Source of the DNA: Candidatus Omnitrophota bacterium
GTDB lineage: Bacteria; Omnitrophota; Gorgyraeia; Zapsychrales; Zapsychraceae
Length of the DNA stretch: 64,000 bases
Direction: 5' to 3'
Assembly (NCBI GenBank): GCA_021108075.1
Contig: JAIORP010000178.1
Span: forward strand, 31,811 to 95,810
Both the position numbers and the translations under genes were made by a program. Under the pieces are notes generated by a model that was given only the letters and a program-made list of their open reading frames with translations, made no database searches and was not told the DNA's origin. This document shows, one piece after another, positions 38,255 through 48,211 of this stretch (its first letter is position 1; the number at the start of each line of letters is the position of its first letter).

Positions 38255-38538
38255 AAATTTAATAAGTATAGCACATTGATTAAACTTGTGTATGAAAGTG
38301 TACTTATAATAATGAAAACAATTTTTTTAGTGGCGAATATGTGTTAGATACCTTTTCTTTGGGATACGTTCGTATGCAATTATGAAAATGAAAAGTATCA
38401 GTTTTCATTTTTTGCGTATTACATGTTTTTTATGATGTTCGTGTATTTTTCAATATAGAAAGAAAAGACGGTTCGTCATGCCTGTTTCCAAGAAGCATTG
38501 ATCGGATTCGGAAAAGATATCGAGAAGAAATTTATTTA

Positions 38539-39459
38539 ATGAGTTCAATTTTAAATTGTCCGGTTTGCGATCATCCATTTGATGAAGGTGACGCGAAAAG
38601 CACGGCCTATCCGCAGGCAGGAACCGCGGGTTTTGGGCCTATGCCGCGGTCCATTCATTTTTGTCCGGAATGTCAGGCGGGTTTTATCACGACGGTCATT
38701 AACCAGGAGGAATTGGACCGGTACTATCAACAGGGCCGTTATTGGGACCAATCTTTTAACCGGCTTTCTATCCACACGCATCCGGGGCAATTTGTGCTCG
38801 CTCAATCCAGATGGGATATCATTAAAAACCAGATGTCCGCCGGCGAGTGTTCGATCTTAGATATCGGCGCGGGGCAGGCCTTCTTAGGCTGGATCGCGGC
38901 AAAAGACCCGTCTGTTTCGGTGGAGCGTTATTGCGCTGTCGAATCTGATGACAACTTGCGCGCGTCGGTCCAAAAGACATGGTCTGCTGGCGCGATCGAC
39001 GCGAAGTTGTCATTAAAGGAGAGTTTAGATCACGTTGAAGGGCGTTATGACTTGATCGTCTTATCGCATATTCTGGAACATATTTCCCGCCCGCAGGAAT
39101 TTTTAAGGCAAGCGCTGTCGTTCCTGACGGGAGACGGTTTGCTGTTTATTGACGTGCCCAATCAGGATTATCGGTTTAAGCCGGATGTCTTTCCGCATTT
39201 GCTCTTTTTTGATATTATGAGTTTAACGCGTTTGATCCAACATTCAGGATTGAGTGTGCTGAGTATAAACACATATGGTCCTTCGATCACACAGAAATTG
39301 AAAAGGCCAGGCGCGATGGAAAGAACGCTGGAACGCTGTGTTTATCGATTCAGAAAAATATTGCCTTCAGCCGCGTTACAAGGATTTTTCAGCGGACATT
39401 TTAAGGTTAATCGTTGCCAGGAAGATGGTCTCTGGCTCAGGGCTTTAGCCCGTCGGTAG
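38539..39459 (+). CDS. class I SAM-dependent methyltransferase with Zn ribbon
   Basis: CPVC..CPEC, ILDIGAGQA, SHILEH, IDVPN. Confidence 0.85.
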   Translation: MSSILNCPVCDHPFDEGDAKSTAYPQAGTAGFGPMPRSIHFCPECQAGFITTVINQEELDRYYQQGRYWDQSFNRLSIHTHPGQFVLAQSRWDIIKNQMSAGECSILDIGAGQAFLGWIAAKDPSVSVERYCAVESDDNLRASVQKTWSAGAIDAKLSLKESLDHVEGRYDLIVLSHILEHISRPQEFLRQALSFLTGDGLLFIDVPNQDYRFKPDVFPHLLFFDIMSLTRLIQHSGLSVLSINTYGPSITQKLKRPGAMERTLERCVYRFRKILPSAALQGFFSGHFKVNRCQEDGLWLRALARR

Positions 39460-39462
39460 GGG

Positions 39463-40044
39463 ATGATGTTTATTCGTCAAGTTGATAGAATTTTAGGCGG
39501 CCTTTATTGCAAGGCCCGGGGAGTCACATGCCCGGCAAGCGTTAATGTCTACGGCTTTCCCATCATAAAAAAGGATAAAGCCGCGTCCATTACTCTTGCT
39601 GACGGAGTGACTTTAACCAGTCGCAAAACGATCAATCTGGCAGGTATCGCCCATCCGGTTATCCTGGCCGCGCCGTATCCCCGAAGCCATATCGCGATCG
39701 GCCGGAATTCAGGAATGTCGGGCGGCGTTCTTTACGCGGTCAAATCTATTGTGATTGGAAAACACGTGAATATCGGTGTGAACACGTGCGTTTATGACAC
39801 GGATTTTCATCCCCTGGATTTTAAATTGCGGCGCGGGAATGACCCGCGAGATGCTGTCTGCGCGCCTGTTACCATTGAAGATGATGTCTGGATAGGCGGC
39901 GGCTGTTTGATCCTGAAAGGCGTTATGGTAGGAACAGGGGCGGTCATCGGTGCCAGGAGTGTTATCACAAAAGATATTCCACCGTTTACATTATGGGCGG
40001 GTAATCCCGCCCGGTTGATCAAAGAAATTCATCCCTCAAAATGA
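39463..40044 (+). CDS. hexapeptide-repeat acyltransferase (O-acetyltransferase)
   Basis: DTDFH, IEDDVWIG, ILKGV, GNPAR. Confidence 0.88.
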   Translation: MMFIRQVDRILGGLYCKARGVTCPASVNVYGFPIIKKDKAASITLADGVTLTSRKTINLAGIAHPVILAAPYPRSHIAIGRNSGMSGGVLYAVKSIVIGKHVNIGVNTCVYDTDFHPLDFKLRRGNDPRDAVCAPVTIEDDVWIGGGCLILKGVMVGTGAVIGARSVITKDIPPFTLWAGNPARLIKEIHPSK

Positions 40045-41861
40045 TATCAATTATATTTATAAACAAGGCAAATCGGTTGAAGGCTGTTCTGGACGCCTGT
40101 TCGGATTCAACATGCGCCGTGCTGCGGGTGTTGTATAACCAACAGACGCCCGTGATACTGAACAAGCTAAGGGAACGCGGGGTTAAATATAAACAGATCA
40201 AAGGCCGGGATTATATCGCGCGGTATCAAAATAGTTATTCGCGATTCATAGGAGCTCTGAACATGAAATACGCGGGGCTTCATTGGTGGGCCCTGGACCT
40301 GACCAATAAAAATCCGATTACAACCCGTTTATTTGACGCGGTTTATTGCACCCTCTTAATTGAGAAGCTTGTTGAAAAAGGGGAATTTCAGACGATTGTC
40401 GTTATCAGTGAGGACAAAGACTGTTGTCGGCAGATACAGAGAAATCACGCGGAAAGTGTGAATGTCCATGTTCAAGATTTGACCGTGACCTTCCCGGTGA
40501 AAAAGTTTCTTCAACGGATATTCCCTTTAGGCCCCGTGTATAAGTTTTTATGGGCTTTAACAGGAAAATGTTGGGCCGCGTTGAATCTTCCCGCCCAAAA
40601 AAATTGGGAGAAAGCACCCACGCATTTTATTATGTCTTTGCTTTATGATCCCTGTTTTAAGACCGGCGAATATCAGGATGTCTACTTTGGCCCGTTTGTT
40701 GAATTCATGGCTGAGCGGAATATTCCGTTTGTCAATGTGATGGAGGTCTGCGCCCCGTATCATAAGATGATGAAACAGACCAAACAGAAAGCAAAACGTT
40801 TTGCCGTCTATCCGAAAGAATCGTTTTTATCCGTGAAGCACATGTTCATGAGCCTGATAGCCGCCCTCAAAGCTTTTTATCGCCCGGTCCGTTTGGACGC
40901 CCCGTGCGAGATCGATGGTGTTTGTTGTCAGTATCTCCTCAGACGATATATGCGTTATGAATATGTTTCAACCCGTTATTGTTCCAATCTGCTCATGTTT
41001 TACGCGTTTACCGATATTGCCCGGCAGTTTCCCGGTTGCACCATTTATTATCCTTTTGAAAACCGGTCGTTTGAAAAGATGATCATCAGCGCCGTCCGGC
41101 AGCATCCGTCGCGGATAAAATTAATCGCGTATCAACATGCCTCGGCAACGCTGCGTCATACGAATTTTTTGTTGGCGCAGGGAGAAGAAAAAATATTACC
41201 GCTACCGGACCGCGTTTACACTTTGGGAAGCATTACCCGGAATTTTATCATTGAGCAGGGCGGCTTTCCGCGGGAACTGTTTGTTGAGGGATGTGCTCTG
41301 CGGCAAAAACCTTATACCGGTGCGATCAAAAAGAAGTCCCCGGGCGTGAAGAAATTGCTGGTTGCCTTAGCGACCAACATTGAAGAATATGTCAAAGCTT
41401 TGTTATTTCTGTCTGAAGCGTTTGAATCCGGACAGGGTGAGTATGAGGTCTGGATCCGGCCGCATCCGGTTTTTCCGCTTGAAGACGCCCTGGCGATCAC
41501 GGGCCCGTTATCATTTCATTTTCATCAAGCGGATCAAGAGACCTTACCCGCATCCTTTCAATGGGCGGATATTCTTCTTTTTGTTCATTCTATGGTCGCG
41601 ATTGAAGGTTTGATGTATGGACTGCCGTGCCTGCGCCTCGTGGTGGATAACCCGGTTGATCCTGATCCATTGTTAGGGTGGACAGATTTTAAATGGGATG
41701 TCGCGCGACCGAAGAATTTGATAAAAACTATTGCGTCGATAGAGGCTCTTAGTGATAATGATTTCTATTCCAGGCAGAAAAAAGGCTGTTGTTTTCCTCA
41801 GGAATACATGCGGCCGGTTACAAAGGCGTTTTTAAACACACTTTTATACCAATTCCATTAA
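40041..41861 (+). CDS. putative surface carbohydrate biosynthesis protein (GT-B-like)
   Basis: DVYFG, YPFEN..FEK, AYQHA, IRPHP motifs; last codons and stop come from the MITE at 41846. Confidence 0.6.
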   Translation: MISIIFINKANRLKAVLDACSDSTCAVLRVLYNQQTPVILNKLRERGVKYKQIKGRDYIARYQNSYSRFIGALNMKYAGLHWWALDLTNKNPITTRLFDAVYCTLLIEKLVEKGEFQTIVVISEDKDCCRQIQRNHAESVNVHVQDLTVTFPVKKFLQRIFPLGPVYKFLWALTGKCWAALNLPAQKNWEKAPTHFIMSLLYDPCFKTGEYQDVYFGPFVEFMAERNIPFVNVMEVCAPYHKMMKQTKQKAKRFAVYPKESFLSVKHMFMSLIAALKAFYRPVRLDAPCEIDGVCCQYLLRRYMRYEYVSTRYCSNLLMFYAFTDIARQFPGCTIYYPFENRSFEKMIISAVRQHPSRIKLIAYQHASATLRHTNFLLAQGEEKILPLPDRVYTLGSITRNFIIEQGGFPRELFVEGCALRQKPYTGAIKKKSPGVKKLLVALATNIEEYVKALLFLSEAFESGQGEYEVWIRPHPVFPLEDALAITGPLSFHFHQADQETLPASFQWADILLFVHSMVAIEGLMYGLPCLRLVVDNPVDPDPLLGWTDFKWDVARPKNLIKTIASIEALSDNDFYSRQKKGCCFPQEYMRPVTKAFLNTLLYQFH

Positions 41862-41997
41862 AGAATTGTACAAATAACGAGAGCAAATCCAATAAATGTG
41901 CGCCACGATAATTCTTCTGACTTCTCATCGCTATTCGCGTAAAAGCGTTCGCGAAATACGATGAGAATTTTTGGCAATTATTTTATGGATTTGGTAT
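41846..41997. mobile_element. MITE copy 3 (152-bp class, reversed termini, different interior)
   Basis: ATACCAATTCCATTAAAGAATT ... AATTATTTTATGGATTTGGTAT; internal hairpin TTCTCATCG (41922-41930)/CGATGAGAA (41959-41967). Confidence 0.75.
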
Positions 41998-42009
41998 TAA
42001 CAGGAAGCC

Positions 42010-43122
42010 ATGAAAAGACTCCATAGGTTATTATTCATCAATATCCCTTTATTGATACGCGCGGCCATCATTAAGGTTTGTCCGCCGATATATCCTGTTT
42101 TACGGTTTAAACCGTATTTAGCCACATTGAACGTCACGGAGAAATGTTGTCTGCGGTGTATCATGTGCAATCTATGGCGGGAATCTCATCCTGATGAGTT
42201 GAAAAAAGATGATTGGTTCAGGATTTTGGATGAGCTAAAGCTGGCAGGGGTTCAGGAAGTTAATTTCACCGGAGGGGAAGCCTTGATGCGCACGGATATC
42301 TTTGATTTGATTCATCACGCGAACACGTCAGGGATGAAATGCGGGTTAACCACAAACGGCTACCTTTTAACAGAAAAGAATATTAACCGTTTGATTCAAT
42401 CCGGGGTCAGGATTTTTAATATTTCCATGGATGCTGTCGGTTCCGCGTATGATGACATTCGGGGTGTCCAGGGCGGCTATGAACGGTTATATTCCGCCTG
42501 CCAACGTTTAAGCCGGGTTAAGAAAGAACAGGGTGTTGACGTGTATCTGTGTTTTTTATTGATGAAAAAAACGTTGGCGCATTATAAAAGTGTTCTGGCG
42601 ATCGGCGAAGAGTCAGGGTTGCCTGTTGTGATTAACCTGTTTGATGTGAACCCTTATTTTTTTCAATCGGCGGCTAAAAAAGATGATTTTTGGATCGGGC
42701 GGGAAGAGCAAAAGGAGTTTAAGGAATTCTTAAAATATATGGTGAATCAAAAAAGTCAAAACAAAGACTTTACGTATCATTCTTTCATCGAAATCGATTA
42801 TTTCTCAAAATATTTTAAGGACCCCCTGCAGAAGACCCTGCCGTGCGTCGTGTCACAAAGCCGGCTGTGCGTCGGACCAAAAGGGCAAGTTTACGGGGGT
42901 TGTTGGGCGATGGGAGAATATGGCCAGCTGCGTCAGCAATCATTAAAGGATATCATGCGTTCGGATAAGTTTAAAACGGCCCATAAAAAGATGTTTTTTA
43001 AAGATTGTCCCGGGTGTTCTTGCGGTTACGCCACGAATTTAAGATATTCGTTTAGAAATGTTTTAACAGAACTGGGGTACAGAATGTTCCCTAAAAAAAG
43101 AGAGAAGATTTATATTTCATGA
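42010..43122 (+). CDS. radical SAM protein with C-terminal SPASM/Twitch-like domain
   Basis: CCLRCIMC, FTGGEAL, TTNG, ISMD; C-terminal C..C..C..CPGC. Confidence 0.88.
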   Translation: MKRLHRLLFINIPLLIRAAIIKVCPPIYPVLRFKPYLATLNVTEKCCLRCIMCNLWRESHPDELKKDDWFRILDELKLAGVQEVNFTGGEALMRTDIFDLIHHANTSGMKCGLTTNGYLLTEKNINRLIQSGVRIFNISMDAVGSAYDDIRGVQGGYERLYSACQRLSRVKKEQGVDVYLCFLLMKKTLAHYKSVLAIGEESGLPVVINLFDVNPYFFQSAAKKDDFWIGREEQKEFKEFLKYMVNQKSQNKDFTYHSFIEIDYFSKYFKDPLQKTLPCVVSQSRLCVGPKGQVYGGCWAMGEYGQLRQQSLKDIMRSDKFKTAHKKMFFKDCPGCSCGYATNLRYSFRNVLTELGYRMFPKKREKIYIS

Positions 43123-44036
43123 TATTACCAACGATTAGTTTTATTATCCCGACCAAAGACAGACAGGAAGACCTGGAAAGATTACTCTGTAGTGTGATCA
43201 AACAAGAGGTCCACCCGGATCAAATTGTCATCGTTGATGGGAGCGCTCAATCGCGACCTGATTATTACGCCCAACGGTTTCCCGACTTAAATATCGTTTA
43301 CACACATACAAAATTTCCACGCCTGACGGCCCAAAGAAATACAGGATTGTCCTTGCTTAATGGAGATATCGATTTAGTATGTTTTTTAGATGATGATATT
43401 GTTTTTTGTGACCGCTCTTTGAAGGCCATGCTGTTATTCTGGGCGAAAGCGCCGGAAACTGTCGGGGGAGCGGTTTTTAACATCATGAATGAAAAGAAAC
43501 CTTCGGCCATCGTGTCTGTTAAGGCCTTATTCTGTACCGGGAGCAAACAACGGGGACGGGTTTTAAAGTCCGGGTACAACACACTCATTTGTCCGGCCGA
43601 AGAGACGAAAGAGGTTCAATGGTTGTTCGGCGGGGGCACGGTCTGGCGCAGAGAGGTCTTCGCGGATTACCGTTTTGATGAATGGTTTGAGGGAACGGGC
43701 CTTTGTGAGGACTTGGATTTCAGTTATCAGGTTGGTAAGGCCTATGGCTTGATGGTTGTCGCTGACGCTCAAGTGCTGCATTTAACGGACCTGGTGCAAC
43801 GTCGCGACAATGTCCAGTTTGGCGTAACGCAAATGTTGAACCGTTATTATTTTGTCCGTAAGAACAAAGAGCTGTCGACATGGTTATGCTTTTGGGGTGG
43901 GATTGGACAATTTTTTGAGAACTGTTTAAGGTCCTTATTTGGGCTGCGGTCAGCCTATCTGCGGCGGGCTTATGGCAATATCATTGGCATGACGCGATTA
44001 AAATCCGTTAAATCAACACAAGCCGTTCGGGATTAG
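43119..44036 (+). CDS. glycosyltransferase family 2
   Basis: IIPTKDR, IVDGS, QRNTG, FLDDD, EDLDFS. Confidence 0.9.
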   Translation: MILPTISFIIPTKDRQEDLERLLCSVIKQEVHPDQIVIVDGSAQSRPDYYAQRFPDLNIVYTHTKFPRLTAQRNTGLSLLNGDIDLVCFLDDDIVFCDRSLKAMLLFWAKAPETVGGAVFNIMNEKKPSAIVSVKALFCTGSKQRGRVLKSGYNTLICPAEETKEVQWLFGGGTVWRREVFADYRFDEWFEGTGLCEDLDFSYQVGKAYGLMVVADAQVLHLTDLVQRRDNVQFGVTQMLNRYYFVRKNKELSTWLCFWGGIGQFFENCLRSLFGLRSAYLRRAYGNIIGMTRLKSVKSTQAVRD

Positions 44037-44045
44037 CCGTCATTT

Positions 44046-45470
44046 ATGGAAAGCAAAAAGAATTATTATCTGAACTTTATCGGGATGGCCTTACTGGGCA
44101 GTTTATCGTGGGGCTATATGTTGTGGGGGAATTATCTCGCGGAGTTTAACCTTTCATTTTCTTTTCTCGATTTCCCGATCTTCATCAGTGAAATTGTTTT
44201 ATTTGTCTGTTTTTTGCTGTTCGTGATCAGAAACCATGGAAAAAATATTTCTGAACGACCTGTTTATTTAATGATCACCGGATATATTTTATTTGTGCTT
44301 CTGAAAGCTCTTTATGGATATTTCAAGTGGGGTCCGCTCGCGCTCCGGAATGCTGCCTTGTTATATTATCCGTTTACAGCTGTTTTAACCTGTTTTTTCT
44401 ATAAAAGGGATTTTTTTAAGTCGAAAAATTCTTATTTATTATTAATGTTGTTATTTGTGATTTTTTTGAATATTGTCGAAACAAAGCGATGGATTTTCGC
44501 GTGTTCGATACTCAGTTTTGTTATTTTGTTCAGGCATAAAGAATTTTTATTGAACAAAATATTATTGTTTCTGCTTTTGTTCTTGTTGCCCTATCCGTAT
44601 TTTTTTCAGACCTCACGGATGATGATTGTTAGTAATTTAATGTCTTTGCTGTATGTTGCCTGGGTGGTCCTGGTTATTGTCAAAGCAAAAAGGGTATGGA
44701 AGTGGGGTATTGCCGGTCTGATCATTATTAGCGTAGGGATTCTATTAAGTTGCTTTTCGAGTAAGTCGGGAATCCTGTCGATGTTGAAGGTCGACTTGAT
44801 CAGGGATGAATATGCCAAAGCGAATAAGAAGTACGAGAAGCAGAGAGATTATTACCGCCCCATTGCTCTGCGTGTAAAAGTTTATAATCCTCGCGCGGAT
44901 AGTTCAATAACGGATATTCCTTCTCATATCGCTCGTAAAAGCAGTGTTGATCATAAAAAAATGATAAAGGAGGAAATAGAGTCCCCTTTGAAAACCAGGG
45001 TTTACGATCAAGCCGTTGAACAGGATCAGGGGGCTAATCTTAGAATCGGTAATATCGTGTTCCGAATTTTTATATGGCAAGATATGTTAGAGGATATGAT
45101 ATCAAAGAAGAGGATATTGGGTTTTGATTTTGGAAAACCGGTACGGTCAAAACGTTTAGAGGTTTTAAACTGGGGGAGCACGGAATGGAGAAGGGATGGT
45201 TGGATCGCGGCGCACAACTCCTATTTGCACATGATTTACCGGACGGGTATTGTTGGCGTCGCCTTGATTGCCTTTTTGATCGGCCATCTGTTAAAAATGA
45301 TCCATGGTTTTAAAAAGAGACGTGACTTGATCGGTTTGTTATTATGCGCCATAATTATCAATTATTTTATAGCCGCCAATTTTTTATTGATTTTTGAGTT
45401 GCCCTACACAGCCATACCCATTTGGTCGTTATACGGGGTTATTATGGCCTATCACAAAAAGTTAGTCTAG
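44046..45470 (+). CDS. O-antigen ligase/polymerase family membrane protein
   Basis: Many TM segments, R..IW, AHNSYLHMIYRTGIVG motif. Confidence 0.75.
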   Translation: MESKKNYYLNFIGMALLGSLSWGYMLWGNYLAEFNLSFSFLDFPIFISEIVLFVCFLLFVIRNHGKNISERPVYLMITGYILFVLLKALYGYFKWGPLALRNAALLYYPFTAVLTCFFYKRDFFKSKNSYLLLMLLFVIFLNIVETKRWIFACSILSFVILFRHKEFLLNKILLFLLLFLLPYPYFFQTSRMMIVSNLMSLLYVAWVVLVIVKAKRVWKWGIAGLIIISVGILLSCFSSKSGILSMLKVDLIRDEYAKANKKYEKQRDYYRPIALRVKVYNPRADSSITDIPSHIARKSSVDHKKMIKEEIESPLKTRVYDQAVEQDQGANLRIGNIVFRIFIWQDMLEDMISKKRILGFDFGKPVRSKRLEVLNWGSTEWRRDGWIAAHNSYLHMIYRTGIVGVALIAFLIGHLLKMIHGFKKRRDLIGLLLCAIIINYFIAANFLLIFELPYTAIPIWSLYGVIMAYHKKLV

Positions 45471-45473
45471 GAT

Positions 45474-46640
45474 ATGAGAATATTAATTGTTCATAATCAA
45501 TACACTGAGCCCGGAGGAGAAGATAAGATTGTTGAGGCGGAACAATCTTTGTTGACTTCTCATGGGCATGATGTTGAGCTTTATCTCCGTTCAAATAACG
45601 AACTGAAGCGGAAGAGTATATTCAGAAAACTCAAATTTGTCTATCTAGAGGTGTTTTCCTCCAAGAAAACGTATTACGATGTATTAGATATGATTAATGC
45701 GTTTGGACCGGACATTGTTCATGTCCATAATATTTTTTTGATGATATCCCCCGCCATTTATGATGTTTGTTTTCAAAAAAAAATCCCTGTCGTGCAAACA
45801 ATTCACAACTACCGTTTTTTTTGCAGCAATGGTTTATTTTTTCGGGAGGGGCGGGTGTGTGAAGACTGTATCTCAAAAGGACCAATTTCTGCTATCACTT
45901 ATCGCTGTTGGCGCAGGTCCATGCTGGCGTCAGGATTGATGACAAAAGTACAGGATAAACTTCATCGAGAATATTTAAATAGTGATAAAATATCGCGCTA
46001 TATCGCTCCTTCGGAATTTACCCGCAAGAAATGCGTTGAATGTGGATTGCCCGAAGATAAGATCGCCGTGAAACCGCATTTTTCACCGGATAAACCGTTT
46101 GAAAATAAGAGCCCCGGGGAATATGTCGCGTTCGTCGGGCGACTTATTGATTACAAGGGGATTATCCTGCTGCTGGAATGTTTTAAAGACTTAAAGGATA
46201 TTCCTTTAAAGATCATTGGTGACGGGCCGTTACATGCTGATGTTGAGCGCGTGGCCGCGGACAATCCACAGATTTCCTTTCTAGGTTACCGGTCGTCCGA
46301 ACAGGTTGGTGAACTATTGTCCAAAGCCGCTTATATTGTTTGTCCGTCTCCTTGTTATGAAACGTTTGGCCGGGTTGTCGTCGAAGCGTTTAGCCAGGGA
46401 ACACCCGCGCTCGTATCAAGAGGCGGGGCGTTAGAAGAGCTGATAACAGATCCTTGTCTCGGTGTTATTGCCGAAGACAATCAACCTCAATATTTCAGAT
46501 CTGCGGCAAAGGATTTGTGGCTGAACGTGCAAAGGGGCGGGGTCGATTTTCAAAAGATCAGGGATATCTATGACCGTCGATATACAGCAGATATTAATTA
46601 TAAGATGATGATGTCCATTTATACCAGTTCCATTAAATAA
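45474..46640 (+). CDS. glycosyltransferase family 4
   Basis: HNQY..PGGED, HVHN, TIHNYR, VGRL..YKG, ETFGRVVVEAF; stop supplied by MITE copy 4. Confidence 0.9.
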   Translation: MRILIVHNQYTEPGGEDKIVEAEQSLLTSHGHDVELYLRSNNELKRKSIFRKLKFVYLEVFSSKKTYYDVLDMINAFGPDIVHVHNIFLMISPAIYDVCFQKKIPVVQTIHNYRFFCSNGLFFREGRVCEDCISKGPISAITYRCWRRSMLASGLMTKVQDKLHREYLNSDKISRYIAPSEFTRKKCVECGLPEDKIAVKPHFSPDKPFENKSPGEYVAFVGRLIDYKGIILLLECFKDLKDIPLKIIGDGPLHADVERVAADNPQISFLGYRSSEQVGELLSKAAYIVCPSPCYETFGRVVVEAFSQGTPALVSRGGALEELITDPCLGVIAEDNQPQYFRSAAKDLWLNVQRGGVDFQKIRDIYDRRYTADINYKMMMSIYTSSIK

Positions 46641-46702
46641 TGACCAAAACCAATTCTGCTGTTCAGAATTAAGATAGAACAATTTATTAATGGATTTGGT
46701 AT
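46621..46702. mobile_element. MITE copy 4 (82-bp class, reverse orientation)
   Basis: Reverse complement matches the 104-bp class minus the central 22-bp hairpin; ATACCAGTTCCATTAA ... TTAATGGATTTGGTAT. Confidence 0.85.
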
Positions 46703-46742
46703 TACCAGAACGTTATGAATAAAAAAATATCGCAATAATATT

Positions 46743-48188
46743 ATGACGCGTAATCAATCAAAAAAAATTTTAACCACCTGGTGTTTAATTTTTCTTTGTT
46801 GCTTTTTTTATTGGGGGTACTTATTTTTTGCTTCATCGTTTGATATTGCCCATGACGCGGTCGGGTATCAAAACCTGGGGAAGATGGTCCATCAAAAAGG
46901 CTGGAAAGAATATTTCATCACCGGACCTAACAGGGAGCCGGTCTATATCGCGACAATAGCGTTATCGATGAAGTTGGGTGAAATGTTTTCTCTGAATTAT
47001 CAATATTTTCAGAAATTGACACAGGTTTTATGTCTTTTTATCAGCCAATTGATGGTTTTGGTTCTTCTGCGGCGTTTACAGATAAGGCGGGGAGTGCAGA
47101 TGCTTGTTATTTTTTATATGGGTTTTTCACCCGCGTTGGTGAATGCCGCGTTCAGCTTGTACTCGGAAATAGCCGCGTTGCCGTTTGTTCCATTGCTGTT
47201 AGTATGTTGTTTGATGTCTTTTCAAAGGATCTTTTCAAGCGAGAATAAGAATCCTGTGTCATTTGGGATTTACACGGCTTTCGTTTTTATGGCCGCGACT
47301 CTTTGCAAAGGCATTTTTCATTATGTTTTTCTGACATTGGCCGGAATATTGGGGATGGCGGTTTTGTTTGCGTTATACAAAAAGAGGAAATCGCTTTTGG
47401 TCTCCATTATACTGTTTTTGTGTCCGCTGGTCATGATCTATTCTTTAGGGATCGGTGGTTTTATGGCGTTGAACAAACACTATAATGGTCATTTTGAGAT
47501 AACAAACCGTTATGCCGGGGCGTTATTCGGAGTGGCCTATAAAAGGACAAATCCCGTGACCTCACGTATTGTGATGTCGCATGTTGCCGCAATTCCCGGC
47601 TGGGGTGTGTGCCGGATGTTTTTTACGGAGGAAGAGTGCCGGTATACCGAGTTTTATGCGAGTGATATGTATTATATGGGACCGACATTAACCAATCAAT
47701 TGAAAGATCTCCCGGAAGAAGAACATTATACGGCAACGATTCAGTTTGCTTTTGATAGAATAAAACAACATCCGTTCCGTTATACTATGTTTTGTTTGAT
47801 TGAGGCGCCCAAGATGTTTTTCTGGGAGTCGACACGCATTGGTTTTGTGAACTATCCGCAATGGTTGCATCAGTTGTTTGTGTTTAAGCCGGTCAGGTTA
47901 GGCGTCAGACTGCTTATGTCGTTGCTGACGATGATCGCGCTGGGATATCTTTTGTTGCTGTCGATTAAAAGAAGATCTATGCTGGTTGGTCCAACCCAGG
48001 GCTTAAATATGGACCAGCAAAGATTACAGACCAGCTTGATGATTTTACTTATTGTGTTTTTTTTCACAGGGTTGTATTCTTTATTTTTAATCCTGACAAG
48101 ATACGCCTTGCCGGTCGCGCCGTTATATCTCATCGCGATTGCCATATTTGTGGATGAAATGTGCCCTAAGCCGAAAAGAATCGTTTGA
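46743..48188 (+). CDS. polytopic membrane protein, possible GT-C fold glycosyltransferase
   Basis: D..GY after TM1, REPVY, YSE, RYALP near C-terminus, many TM segments. Confidence 0.55.
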   Translation: MTRNQSKKILTTWCLIFLCCFFYWGYLFFASSFDIAHDAVGYQNLGKMVHQKGWKEYFITGPNREPVYIATIALSMKLGEMFSLNYQYFQKLTQVLCLFISQLMVLVLLRRLQIRRGVQMLVIFYMGFSPALVNAAFSLYSEIAALPFVPLLLVCCLMSFQRIFSSENKNPVSFGIYTAFVFMAATLCKGIFHYVFLTLAGILGMAVLFALYKKRKSLLVSIILFLCPLVMIYSLGIGGFMALNKHYNGHFEITNRYAGALFGVAYKRTNPVTSRIVMSHVAAIPGWGVCRMFFTEEECRYTEFYASDMYYMGPTLTNQLKDLPEEEHYTATIQFAFDRIKQHPFRYTMFCLIEAPKMFFWESTRIGFVNYPQWLHQLFVFKPVRLGVRLLMSLLTMIALGYLLLLSIKRRSMLVGPTQGLNMDQQRLQTSLMILLIVFFFTGLYSLFLILTRYALPVAPLYLIAIAIFVDEMCPKPKRIV

Positions 48189-48211
48189 TGAAACACACTG
48201 TTAAAAATCAG

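Noticed and set aside
38172-38260. Motif after the TIR gene as a classical attC site
   Set aside because: GAATAAC after the stop is not RYYYAAC and no complementary GTTRRRY closes the stem.
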